A stretch of DNA of 64,000 nucleotides, taken from a virus. A program made the position numbers and the translations under genes. Position 1 is the first letter of the stretch. Every line of letters begins with the position of its first letter. This document shows positions 1 to 9,096 of this stretch, in pieces. Under the pieces are notes generated by a model. The model ran no database searches, was not told the DNA's origin, and was given only the letters and a program-made list of their open reading frames with translations. Location: the IMG/VR virus record IMGVR_UViG_3300049491_000716, positions 16,305 to 80,304 of that record; one strand, 5' to 3'.

Positions 1-2227
1 CAAAGCGCTGGCGCAGATTGCGACGGGCTTTGATCCGCAACGACTCGGCCCCCACCTGTTCGATTTCCAGGCGGCCATCGTCGAGTGGGCTTGCAAGCGA
101 GGCCGCGCTGCGATCTTCGCTGACACCGGCCTGGGCAAGACGGCGATGCAAGCCGAATGGGCCAGACAAGTAGCGGCCCATACTGGTGGCCGCGTGCTGA
201 TCCTGGCCCCTTTGTGCGTGGCACAGCAGACTGTCGAAGAAGAGGCGCGATTCGGCACTGCGATCAAGTATTGCCGCAAAGAGGCACAGACAGAAGGCGA
301 GATCATCATCACGAATTACGAGATGGCGGACCACTTTGACGTAGCCGACTATGCCGGCGTGGTGCTGGATGAGTCTTCGATCCTGAAGAGCCACGACAGC
401 AAGACGCGGGCGCGCATCATAAGCATGTTCGACAAGACGCCGTACCGGTTGAGTTGCACCGCGACCCCAAGCCCGAACGATCACATGGAGCTTGGCAACC
501 AGGCCGAGTTCCTGGGCGTGATGACGGCCGTTGAAACGCTGGCGATGTTCTTTGTTCACGACGGCGGAGACACCGCAAGCTGGCGCCTGAAAGGCCACGG
601 CAAGCAGCGCTTTTGGGAGTGGATGAGGACATGGGCTGTGTGCGTGCGCAACCCGTCGGACCTTGGCTTTGATGGATCGCGCTACATCCTGCCGGGCCTG
701 CAAATGCACGAGCACACAATCGATGTGCAAGAGCCGCTGCCGGGGCAGTTGTTTGCTGGCATTGCGCAGACGCTGACCGAGCGCCGCGACGCAAAGCGGC
801 AGTCGTTGGGCGAACGTGTTTGCATTGCCGCCGATCTGGTCAACAGCCACACGCGGCCAGCCATTGTGTGGTGCCACCTGAACGACGAAAGCAAGGCGTT
901 GGCGCAGGCCATCCCCGATGCCATCGAAGTCACCGGTTCCATGACGGCCGACGAGAAAGAGGCCGCAATCATGGCCTTCACGCATGGCGAGAAGCGAGTG
1001 ATCGTCACAAAGCCAAGTATCGCTGGATTCGGCATGAATTGGCAGCACTGCGCCGATATGGTTTTTGCTGGTCTTGATGACTCGTTCGAGAGCTTTTACC
1101 AGGCGGTGCGGCGCTGCTATCGCTTCGGCCAGAAAGACGTGGTGAACGTGCATCTGGTGTCGTCAAGTGCCGAGGGCGCAGTGAAGGAAAACCTGCAGCG
1201 CAAGCAAGCCCAGGCTACTGACATGGCCGAGAGCATGGTGGCGTACATGCGAGAACTCACGAAACAAACGATCAAGGGTGCGACGATGGAAAAGAGCGAC
1301 TACGTGCGAGAAGTAGCCGAGGGCAAGGGCTGGACGATTCACCTTGGCGATTGCGTCGAAGTGGCAAGCGAACTGCCTGACAACAGCATCGACTTCTCAG
1401 TGTTCAGCCCGCCGTTTGCCAGCCTATACACCTACAGCAACAGCGATCGCGACATGGGTAACTGCAAGAGCTACAGCGAGTTTTACGATCACTTCCGGTT
1501 CCTCGTTGCGCAACTGTACCGCGTCACCAAGCCTGGCCGGCTGCTGAGCTTCCATTGCATGAATCTGCAAACCAGCAAGTTCCGCGACGGCGTGATCGGC
1601 CTGCACGACTTCCGTGGCGAACTCACGCGCATGTTTGTCGCGGCCGGCTGGGTCTTCCATTCCGAGGTTTGCATCTGGAAAGACCCCGTGACCGCGATGC
1701 AGCGCACCAAGGCCCTGGGCCTACTGCACAAGACCATCCGCAAGGATTCGAGCATGAGCCGGCAGGGCATCCCTGATTATCTGGTGACGATGCGCAAGCC
1801 TGGCGAGAATGCCGAGCGCATCAGCCACACTCACGAGAATTTCCCTGTCGAAAAGTGGCAGCGTTACGCCAGCCCGGTCTGGATGGACGTGAACCCGACT
1901 CGCACGCTTCAATTTCGCAACGCCCGCGAGACTGACGATGAGCGCCACATCTGCCCGCTCCAGCTTGACGTGATCGAGCGAGCTATGGAGTTGTGGAGCA
2001 ACCCGGGCGACTTGGTTTTTAGCCCGTTTACGGGCATCGGCAGCGAGGGCTATGTGAGCATCGAAATGGGCCGGCGCTTTGTTGGCGCGGAACTCAAGCG
2101 GAGCTACTTCGACTTGGCAAAACGCAATCTGACTGATGCCCGCAAGACTCAGGTCGAAGGGCTGTTCGCTGACGATTACGAGGATGCATTTGCAGAAGAT
2201 GGCGAGCCACAGGCGGCGGAACTGTGA
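1..2227 (+). CDS. SNF2-like helicase fused to an N4/N6 DNA methyltransferase (5' end outside window)
   Basis: Frame is open from position 2 with Walker A ADTGLGKT, then LDESS, TAT and QAVRRCYRFGQ; C-terminal SPPF motif IV precedes FSPFTGIGS motif I (beta-class order). Confidence 0.9.
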   Translation, partial: KALAQIATGFDPQRLGPHLFDFQAAIVEWACKRGRAAIFADTGLGKTAMQAEWARQVAAHTGGRVLILAPLCVAQQTVEEEARFGTAIKYCRKEAQTEGEIIITNYEMADHFDVADYAGVVLDESSILKSHDSKTRARIISMFDKTPYRLSCTATPSPNDHMELGNQAEFLGVMTAVETLAMFFVHDGGDTASWRLKGHGKQRFWEWMRTWAVCVRNPSDLGFDGSRYILPGLQMHEHTIDVQEPLPGQLFAGIAQTLTERRDAKRQSLGERVCIAADLVNSHTRPAIVWCHLNDESKALAQAIPDAIEVTGSMTADEKEAAIMAFTHGEKRVIVTKPSIAGFGMNWQHCADMVFAGLDDSFESFYQAVRRCYRFGQKDVVNVHLVSSSAEGAVKENLQRKQAQATDMAESMVAYMRELTKQTIKGATMEKSDYVREVAEGKGWTIHLGDCVEVASELPDNSIDFSVFSPPFASLYTYSNSDRDMGNCKSYSEFYDHFRFLVAQLYRVTKPGRLLSFHCMNLQTSKFRDGVIGLHDFRGELTRMFVAAGWVFHSEVCIWKDPVTAMQRTKALGLLHKTIRKDSSMSRQGIPDYLVTMRKPGENAERISHTHENFPVEKWQRYASPVWMDVNPTRTLQFRNARETDDERHICPLQLDVIERAMELWSNPGDLVFSPFTGIGSEGYVSIEMGRRFVGAELKRSYFDLAKRNLTDARKTQVEGLFADDYEDAFAEDGEPQAAEL

Positions 2228-2228
2228 T

Positions 2229-2286
2229 GCACAACGTTTGAATTCACCTGCCGCCGGAGGCGGTCAGGTGGAATGAAGGGTTATGC
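2229..2286 (-). other. Integron attC site (58 bp)
   Basis: Minus strand reads R'' GCATAAC, 5-nt spacer, L'' ATTCCACC, stem-loop, L' GGTGAAT, 6-nt spacer, R' GTTGTGC; extrahelical G and T fall on the + (bottom) strand. Confidence 0.8.
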
Positions 2287-2316
2287 GTCTGATTCAACAA
2301 CGAAGGAATTTGAAGC

Positions 2317-2571
2317 ATGAGACAAAGCCTGTTGGTAGCCGCGCTTGAATATGAGGAAGGCGGACAAACTCTGTGGTTTCATGCGCCTGATGGAACGACG
2401 CTGCTGCGCCTAAAAGTCGATGGAGCTATCACGACACAAACATGCGAGACAAGCCCTGTCGCGCATGCCGATGGATGGGTGAAGGGGAACTTGGTTTTTT
2501 GCGTTCCGGAGAACAAGACGCATAACGTCGGCGATGAGCGGACCGCGAAGGCGCCGCCTACCGACGAGTGA
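2317..2571 (+). CDS. Hypothetical protein in an integron cassette (ORF inverted relative to attC)
   Basis: 84-aa ORF with GAAGGA RBS lying between two attC sites and reading into attC-2. Confidence 0.65.
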   Translation: MRQSLLVAALEYEEGGQTLWFHAPDGTTLLRLKVDGAITTQTCETSPVAHADGWVKGNLVFCVPENKTHNVGDERTAKAPPTDE

Positions 2572-2621
2572 AGAAGCAATGCGGCCCGCCGGAGCGGGTC
2601 CGCTCGATCAACCTGTTCGGC
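2520..2621 (-). other. Integron attC site (102 bp)
   Basis: Minus strand reads R'' GCCGAAC, AGGTT, L'' GATCGAGC, ..., L' GCTCATC, GCCGAC, R' GTTATGC, with two unpaired bases in the stem. Confidence 0.8.
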
Positions 2622-2637
2622 TAGAAGGTGCAAAGCG

Positions 2638-2826
2638 ATGGGAGCTTGCACGTCTTCAATGACTCCGCAACGAGCCAATACGTGAAGGTGTCGGGCTCGG
2701 TCGTGGTTTCTGCTGCGGATGGAGGTGGCCCGGACATGGCAACCTGACTACGCCACCAAGATGGACCGCGATACCTTGCAGCACGCAGAGGACTTCGCGG
2801 ACTGCAAGACGCCCAACGTGTTCTAG
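2638..2826 (+). pseudogene. Probable degraded cassette ORF (in-frame TGA at 2683)
   Basis: ATG after GAAGGTG; frame ends ...KTPNVF* across the core site, like ...KTHNV in the neighbouring cassette. Confidence 0.35.
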
Positions 2827-2845
2827 GCAACTCGTTAGATTGCAA
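2811..2845 (-). other. attI-like site heading the cassette array
   Basis: Minus strand ...GTTGCCTAGAACACGTTGGGC: a GTTRRRY core with no attC hairpin, resembling an attI simple site (attI1 CCCTAAAACAAAGTT). Confidence 0.45.
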
Positions 2846-3028
2846 CCAGACCCAAGAGATGTGAGGATGTGGCGCGCGTATCGCGATGGCGAGCCATGGA
2901 TCGTTGACGGCCGGCCGATGCGCGGCGGTCTTGAGATGATGTGGCGTGCGATCCAAGCCGAGATCGCAAAGCCACTTGGTCGTCGACACTGGAACTGATA
3001 ACTTTCAACCAACAGATAGGAGCACCCT

Positions 3029-4087
3029 ATGAGCAACGAACTCGAAGTCACCAAGCAAGCCATCGTCGAACAAGACACCAGTGCGGCGGGCCTGATGTTC
3101 ACGCCTGGCGCCATGCAGCAACTGGTCGCCGTTGCCGACTTCATGGCCAAGGGTCGCGCCACCGTGCCGAAGCATCTGCAGGGCAACCAAGGCGATTGCT
3201 TGGCTGTCGTGATGCAGGCCACCACGTGGCGCATGAACCCGTTCGCCGTGGCTCAGAAGACGCACCTCGTCAACGGCGTTCTCGGATACGAGGCTCAACT
3301 CGTGAACGCTGTCGTCAACACCATGGCGCCGACCAAGGACCGCATCAACTACGAGTGGTTCGGCGAGTGGACCCGCGTGATGGGCAAGTTCGAGGAACGC
3401 GAGTCAAAGAAGAAGGTCGACGAAGACACCGGCAAGCCACTGAAGTACCGCGTGCCGAATTGGAACATCAAGGACGAAGACGGTCTCGGCATCCGTGTGT
3501 GGGCCACCATGAAGGGCGAGGCCGAGCCGCGCGTTCTTGAGTTGCTGCTCGTGCAGTGCCGTGTCCGCAACTCGCCGCTGTGGGCCGACGATCCGCGCCA
3601 GCAGATTGCCTATCTTGCCGTCAAGCGCTGGACCCGCCTGCACTGCCCCGACGTGCTGCTCGGCGTATACACGCCGGATGAACTCGACGACGCGCCGGTT
3701 CCGAAGGACATGGGCGCCGCCGATGTGGTCGGAAAGCCTGTGGATCCGAAGAATCCTCCGGGCCTGAGCGATGCCGAGCTTGCGGCATGGCGCCGGGAAG
3801 CCACTAAGGGGCTGGCAGCCGCCGAGGCGCACTGGAAGGCCATGGGTCGCGAGTTGCGCATGAAGGCCACCATGGACCAGCAGGTTGAGATGCGCAGGCT
3901 TGCCGAGGAAGCCGACAAGAAACGCACGGTGGACAACGGTGCCGCCGAGACCAAGACGGCGCAGCCCGCCACCAATGCCCCGGCTGCTACCGTGGCCGCC
4001 AAGGCCGACCCAGCAACCGGTGAAGTTGATCCCGACTTCGTGGCCGCCATGGATCGCGCCGAGCAGGCGGCTGGCGCGAAGGCCTGA
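3029..4087 (+). CDS. recT: RecT-family single-strand annealing protein
   Basis: VPKHLQGNQGDCLAVVMQATTWRMNPFAVAQKTHLVNGVLGYEAQL and DPRQQIAYLAVKRWTRLHCPDVLLGVYTPDE; good RBS. Confidence 0.9.
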   Translation: MSNELEVTKQAIVEQDTSAAGLMFTPGAMQQLVAVADFMAKGRATVPKHLQGNQGDCLAVVMQATTWRMNPFAVAQKTHLVNGVLGYEAQLVNAVVNTMAPTKDRINYEWFGEWTRVMGKFEERESKKKVDEDTGKPLKYRVPNWNIKDEDGLGIRVWATMKGEAEPRVLELLLVQCRVRNSPLWADDPRQQIAYLAVKRWTRLHCPDVLLGVYTPDELDDAPVPKDMGAADVVGKPVDPKNPPGLSDAELAAWRREATKGLAAAEAHWKAMGRELRMKATMDQQVEMRRLAEEADKKRTVDNGAAETKTAQPATNAPAATVAAKADPATGEVDPDFVAAMDRAEQAAGAKA

Positions 4088-4090
4088 CCC

Positions 4091-4993
4091 TTGATCTACG
4101 TCCAGTGCGAGCAAGGCGATGCGGACTGGCACCGGGCCCGTTGCGGCCGACCGACCGCTTCGCTTTTCCACATCATGCGGGAGAGCGCCAGGAACAAGCG
4201 CGGCCCCAACGCCGGCGACTGGAGCGACACGCAGAAGAACCTCGCCTTCAAATACGCAATCGAGCGCAAGAGCGGTGAGCCGCTGGACGAAGGCTTCGAG
4301 ACTTTCTTCATGCGCCGCGGCACGGCGCTCGAGCCCGAGGCGCGCCAAGAGTACGAGAAGGAATTCGGCGTTTTCGTGACGCGCGTTGGCTTCGTGATGA
4401 CCGACGACGGCAACTTCGGCGCCAGCTTGGACGGCACGATTGACAACGACGGCAGCCAAGAAATCAAGTGCTACCTGCAGCCCATGAAGTTGCGTGCCAT
4501 TCACACGACCGGCGACATCAGCATGGTCATGGACCAGTGCCAGGGTGGCCTGTGGATCAGCGGCCGCAAGTGGATGGACTTTTGCCTGTACTGCCCGGCC
4601 CTGCGCAGCATCGGCAAGCAGTTGTGGGTGAAGCGCATCTACCGCGATGACAACTACATCGAAGCGCTCGAGGCCGACCTTTGGGCGTTCAAAAGCCTGA
4701 TTGACGAATACGACAGGATCCTGAGTCTTCCCTACGACTCGTCTGCGTTTGAAGTGCAGCCACGGGTGGTGGTCGAGAAGGCCAGCAAGCGGACAGCGAC
4801 ACCCGCGCCGATCGCGCAGCCGCCTGTCGCGCCTGTCTCGCGCTTCGCCGCCCTTTCCGCCCGCATCGCCGCCGCGCCGAGCCGCGCATCCTGCGACCTG
4901 ATCCTTGACGGCGCCAGCGACCTGGATGCCATTGAGTACGCGGCGCTGGTTGGCAAGGCGAATGAGCGGTTTCCGGCAGAACAGGCGGCCTGA
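4091..4993 (+). CDS. YqaJ/lambda-type exonuclease
   Basis: EQGDADWHRARCG, MRRGTALEPEAR, GASLDG, EIKC, QCQGGLWISGRKWMDF; follows recT. Confidence 0.9.
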   Translation: MIYVQCEQGDADWHRARCGRPTASLFHIMRESARNKRGPNAGDWSDTQKNLAFKYAIERKSGEPLDEGFETFFMRRGTALEPEARQEYEKEFGVFVTRVGFVMTDDGNFGASLDGTIDNDGSQEIKCYLQPMKLRAIHTTGDISMVMDQCQGGLWISGRKWMDFCLYCPALRSIGKQLWVKRIYRDDNYIEALEADLWAFKSLIDEYDRILSLPYDSSAFEVQPRVVVEKASKRTATPAPIAQPPVAPVSRFAALSARIAAAPSRASCDLILDGASDLDAIEYAALVGKANERFPAEQAA

Positions 4994-4995
4994 GC

Positions 4996-5289
4996 ATGCA
5001 ACGCAAGCCCGCATCCACTGCCGCCGCTAAGCGCCACATGGGCCGCGTGGCCGCGCTCGGCTGCATCTGCTGCTCCATGCTCGGCTACGGCGAGACGCCT
5101 GCGCAGGTTCATCACATCCGCGAAGGTCGCATCGCACGCAGCGACTGGCTCGTGATCCCGTGCTGCGCGAAGCATCACATCGGCGCCGCGATGTCCATCC
5201 ACATGGACAAGGAACCACTGCTGCGCGCGCTTGGCGTTTTCAGCGAGTTCGATCTGCTTGCCATCGTATTGGAAAGGATTGCGAAGTGA
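4996..5289 (+). CDS. Ref/DUF968-like small HNH protein
   Basis: GCICC...AQVHHIR...IPCCAKHH. Confidence 0.7.
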   Translation: MQRKPASTAAAKRHMGRVAALGCICCSMLGYGETPAQVHHIREGRIARSDWLVIPCCAKHHIGAAMSIHMDKEPLLRALGVFSEFDLLAIVLERIAK

Positions 5290-5339
5290 ACCCGATAAAG
5301 CCGGGGCCGCGTCCTCACATCAATCTAAGGAGAAAGCGT

Positions 5340-5531
5340 ATGCTGAAAAACAGAGAGTCAAACTGGTACGGCATTTTTGTCGTTGCCATGACCGTGTGGG
5401 TTTTCGCTGCATGGTTTACCCATGTCTTTGTTTGCCTGAAATCGTCGGCGTGGGGGTTCCTAGTTGCTGGCGCCATATTCTTCCCCGTTGCATGGGTTCA
5501 CGGCACCGGGATCTGGCTCGGGGTCTGGTGA
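5340..5531 (+). CDS. Small membrane protein
   Basis: AAGGAG RBS; two hydrophobic segments. Confidence 0.65.
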   Translation: MLKNRESNWYGIFVVAMTVWVFAAWFTHVFVCLKSSAWGFLVAGAIFFPVAWVHGTGIWLGVW

Positions 5532-5534
5532 TTC

Positions 5535-6026
5535 GTGAGCGACCAGTTCGTCACCGTAATCGCTACCGAGGAAGGCGCTCGCGCAGCCTTCATCGCGGCC
5601 ATGAACCATGCCAAGTGCATGTTTCTCAACGGCGAGCGCGTCGAGCTTCGCGTCGGGCCAGCGCTGGACCCGATCCGCGCGAAGCAGCGCAAGTTCCTCA
5701 AGGACATCGTGTTCGGCCAGATCGCTGAACAGGTCTGCGTCGGCGAGAAACGCGAGCGCTTCACCAAGGAAATCTGGGCCGAGTTCTTCCGCAGGCGATT
5801 GCTTGGCGACCGCTTCGAGATGCGTAAGCTGCCGGGCGCCAAGAAGGCGACGCCACACAAGGTACGGAACTCGACTGAAGAACTCGGCGTGCGCAAGTAC
5901 GCGGCCTACACCGACCAGGTGATCGACATTGCCGTTGCCGAACACGGCGTGGAGTTTGTATTCGAGACAGGTGAGCGCGAGGCCGTTCGTCACGTCTCCA
6001 AGAAAGACCGTCAGCCGCAATCGTAA
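5535..6026 (+). CDS. NinB/YbcN-like recombination accessory protein
   Basis: R-x-x-Q...QIAEQ...W-x-E-F-F...STEELGVRKYAAY pattern. Confidence 0.55.
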   Translation: MSDQFVTVIATEEGARAAFIAAMNHAKCMFLNGERVELRVGPALDPIRAKQRKFLKDIVFGQIAEQVCVGEKRERFTKEIWAEFFRRRLLGDRFEMRKLPGAKKATPHKVRNSTEELGVRKYAAYTDQVIDIAVAEHGVEFVFETGEREAVRHVSKKDRQPQS

Positions 6027-6113
6027 ACCGCACAACTTTATTTTCCGCAACCCCTTGCGGCACAACAAAAAGGTATGCATCATTTGGAAATGGCAACCGC
6101 AGATGGCAGACAA

Positions 6114-6314
6114 ATGACGGACGAAGAGTTGGACCACACACCAGTCACCAAGGGCAAGTACAGCGGCAAGACGATGAGCCAGATCGCTGAGATTGACCCA
6201 GCCTATGTGATCTGGGCATGCGGCGAGTGGAAGCCGATGCCGTGCAGCAAGTTGCTGCTGCGTGACTGCAAGAAGGACATCGCTGACTCGCGCCGGCCGC
6301 GCGGCAGCGCTTGA
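6114..6314 (+). CDS. DUF3820-like small protein
   Basis: GKYSGKTMSQIAEIDPAYVIW motif. Confidence 0.55.
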   Translation: MTDEELDHTPVTKGKYSGKTMSQIAEIDPAYVIWACGEWKPMPCSKLLLRDCKKDIADSRRPRGSA

Positions 6315-6399
6315 CACGGAAAGGCCGGAGAGGAATCGAAAGACAAGGCACGGCCAGCAAAAGCGTGGCTCGGCAGGAACTGACTTCATTGGAGAACCC

Positions 6400-7896
6400 A
6401 TGAGTGAGCAAGTAGCGGAGAACCCGCAGATTGAAGTGCTGGATGCGGCGCCGAAGATCACCACCGAGGTGGCCGAGTACACCAAGACGGCTGCCGGCCT
6501 GGCCGATCTTCATCGTCGATACGGCAACGTCGCATGGACGGTTGACACGAAAAAAGATGAGGACGCCGCGCGTGCAGTTCGTAGGGAATTGGTGTCGTTG
6601 CGAACCGGACTCGACAAGCTCCGCAAGGACATGAACGCCGACGATCAGGCGCGCATTGCCCTTCGCAACACCGAGGCCAAGCGCATCACAGCCTTGATCG
6701 AAGCGCTCGAGGCGCCGGTGGATGAGGCGATCAAGGCCAAGGAAGATCGCATTGAACGCGAGAAACAAGAGCGCCTACAGGCCGAGGCCGCTCGCATCGC
6801 CGCACTGCGCGCCAGCATTGACGACATTGCGTCGGTCGCGACTCGCGCCTCAAGCCTTTCGTCTCCGGCCGAGTTGGACCGCAAGATCGAAATGCTTGTC
6901 CGCGTGGAGATCACGGAAGCCGCTTTCTCTGAACTGAAGGATCAGGCCTTCGTCGTGAAGGCCGAGGCACTGCGTCGACTCGAGGACTTGAAGGTCTCTG
7001 CTGTGGCCCGCGAAGCCGCCGAAGCCAAGGCCCAGCGCGATGCCGAAGAACTCGAGAAGCTGCGTGCCGAGGCCGCCCAGCGCGAAGCCGATGAAGCCGC
7101 TGAGCGCAGCCGCGTGCTGGCCGAGCGCCACGCCCGAGAAGCCCGGCAGCGCCTGCATGACGACTTCCTTGCCGACCTTCGCCAGCAGATGCGCGGCACC
7201 CTCACCTGCAGCGCCGACCAGGTTTCCCAGAAGATCGAAGCCGTGAAGGCCATGGTGCTGCCGGCCGGGCTGGACGATCTTGCCGCCACGGCAGAGTTGG
7301 CGAAGGCCGACACTCTGGAAGAACTGACCGAGCTGCACGCCGTGGTCGTGCGCCGCGAGGAAGAACAGCACGTGGCTCGCGCCGAAGCCGATCGCGTGCA
7401 GCGCCAGGCCGATGAAGTCGCGGCTGCGCAGAAGCGTATTGATGACGCCGAAGCGCAAAAGGAAGTTTCCAAAAGGGCGGATTTTTTGGATCGCACTCTT
7501 CAAGGTCTTGCGACTGAAGAATTCAAGCAACTGATGAGCGGCGAGACGGCTGCAATCATTGAACCGAAAACCGAAGGCTCACCCGAACTCGCAAAGGCAT
7601 TTGACGATATTGCAGCGCTGGAACCGTCTGCGGCGCAGTTCAATGGCTGGACTGAAGTTCAAGAACCCGATCTTCGCGACACTGTTGACCCGCGGCCCGA
7701 CATCAAGCTTGGCGACATCGCCGCCAGGCTCGGCTTCCCGCTGTCCGAGTCATTCGTCACCGAAGTCCTCAACATCAAGCCGGCTGGCTTCATCAAGCGT
7801 TCCGTGATGTTCCGGGCTGCCGACTTCGACGAGATCTGTTTCGCCTTGACTCAACACATCATCCGCGTGACGACCGCGCATCGGAGGCCGGCATGA
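6400..7896 (+). CDS. Long coiled-coil phage protein (DUF1351-like N-terminus)
   Basis: GGAG RBS; Ala/Glu/Arg-rich helical sequence. Confidence 0.7.
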   Translation: MSEQVAENPQIEVLDAAPKITTEVAEYTKTAAGLADLHRRYGNVAWTVDTKKDEDAARAVRRELVSLRTGLDKLRKDMNADDQARIALRNTEAKRITALIEALEAPVDEAIKAKEDRIEREKQERLQAEAARIAALRASIDDIASVATRASSLSSPAELDRKIEMLVRVEITEAAFSELKDQAFVVKAEALRRLEDLKVSAVAREAAEAKAQRDAEELEKLRAEAAQREADEAAERSRVLAERHAREARQRLHDDFLADLRQQMRGTLTCSADQVSQKIEAVKAMVLPAGLDDLAATAELAKADTLEELTELHAVVVRREEEQHVARAEADRVQRQADEVAAAQKRIDDAEAQKEVSKRADFLDRTLQGLATEEFKQLMSGETAAIIEPKTEGSPELAKAFDDIAALEPSAAQFNGWTEVQEPDLRDTVDPRPDIKLGDIAARLGFPLSESFVTEVLNIKPAGFIKRSVMFRAADFDEICFALTQHIIRVTTAHRRPA

Positions 7897-8138
7897 GCAT
7901 CATGAAGTGGAACAAGGGCGTGCCGCCGAGCATGGGTTGGTGGCCGGCCAGGATCCCGGGTCGCGAAGACGCGCCTTCGTTGCGCTGGTGGAATGGCAAA
8001 GTCTGGAGCTGGCCGGTGATGGTTGGATCAACTCAGATCAAGCACATCGTGGCGTGTGCCGGCATCAAGTCGCTCTGGTCGGATCAAGTAGTGTGGGCCG
8101 ATCGACCGGCTGACTGGCCTGCCCGGAGCCGCACATGA
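7893..8138 (+). CDS. Hypothetical Trp-rich protein
   Basis: ATGA overlaps with both neighbours. Confidence 0.6.
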   Translation: MSIMKWNKGVPPSMGWWPARIPGREDAPSLRWWNGKVWSWPVMVGSTQIKHIVACAGIKSLWSDQVVWADRPADWPARSRT

Positions 8139-8461
8139 GCGGCTTTCACACACCCGGGCCGTGGTTGCCGCGTCGCGTTGACTCTCAGTGCTGGGAGATT
8201 GACGCGCCGAACGGCGACCCGCGGATCGGTCACACGACATGGACTGGATTGGCAGTGGTTTACGGCAGCGATGACGTCGGCCGCACCGCTGCGCCTGTCT
8301 GCGAGGCCAATGCTCGCCTGATCGCCGCCGCCCCGAATTTGCTGGCCGCCCTGCAATTGCTGACCACCAAAAGTGAGAAGCAGGCTACCGGTGCCGGCTG
8401 GAACAAGCGGCTGGCAGCGGCGCGCAAGGCAGTCGCGGAAGCCTTGGGAGAGCAGCCATGA
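8135..8461 (+). CDS. Hypothetical phage protein
   Basis: HTPGPW...EANARLIAAAPNLLAAL, a common phage early-gene motif. Confidence 0.75.
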   Translation: MSGFHTPGPWLPRRVDSQCWEIDAPNGDPRIGHTTWTGLAVVYGSDDVGRTAAPVCEANARLIAAAPNLLAALQLLTTKSEKQATGAGWNKRLAAARKAVAEALGEQP

Positions 8462-8733
8462 GTGCGCCAGACCATGGCAGCCCTGCGCGATGCCATGCTG
8501 AAGGCGAGGCAGTCATGAGCGAACTGAAGTTCTGCAAGGATTGCCGGCACTTCTATGACGATGCTACCGAGCACGTCTACCCACTCTGCTCACACCCGAA
8601 TGCGCGCGGCGAGCCAGACATGGTGACCGGAGGCCGCAATCGCCCAACCTGCGACTTCGCCCGCCGCACCGAGGGCATGTGCGGCCGCGAGGCTCGCTGG
8701 TATCACGAAATTCACACTGAAGGGAAACCATGA
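8458..8733 (+). CDS. Hypothetical Cys-rich protein
   Basis: CKDCRH...CSHP...CGREARWY; translationally coupled. Confidence 0.6.
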   Translation: MSAPDHGSPARCHAEGEAVMSELKFCKDCRHFYDDATEHVYPLCSHPNARGEPDMVTGGRNRPTCDFARRTEGMCGREARWYHEIHTEGKP

Positions 8734-9071
8734 AACGCATCTTGAAAACAACCGCGCTGCTTGCAGCCTTGGCATCTGTCTCCGCATGCACCGTGATCCA
8801 GCCGTCGTGCTGCGCTCAGGCTTGCGCATGCCAGCAACCGGTGGCGGCGGCTCCGATCGTTGCGCCGCCGAGTCATTCGACGCCGCCCGCGATTCCGGTG
8901 GTGGCAGCCGTGGCCCCCAAACCGCCCGCCGTGAAGCCGCCGCCCGTGGCAGTAACGCCTGCGCCGCCGCCGGCTCACAGCAAGCCGCACCCGAAGCCGC
9001 CGGCACCGCCCCCGCCTCCGCCCGCACCCCCGAAGCATTCGCCTGGCAAGCCATGCGTCAAGAAGTCCTGA
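8730..9071 (+). CDS. Proline-rich lipoprotein
   Basis: Signal peptide ending VSAC, Cys cluster, long poly-Pro tail. Confidence 0.65.
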   Translation: MKRILKTTALLAALASVSACTVIQPSCCAQACACQQPVAAAPIVAPPSHSTPPAIPVVAAVAPKPPAVKPPPVAVTPAPPPAHSKPHPKPPAPPPPPPAPPKHSPGKPCVKKS

Positions 9072-9096
9072 ACCCATTCAACCCAAGGGGGTCACC

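Noticed and set aside
2229-2286. Simple terminator reading of the hairpin after the methyltransferase
   Set aside because: No U-tract; box spacing and bulged G/T fit attC better
6312-6383. Stop-codon reassignment (frames continue past TGA here and at 2683, and past TAG at 59907)
   Set aside because: TGA and TAG end many well-defined genes normally; isolated nonsense changes or chance are more likely
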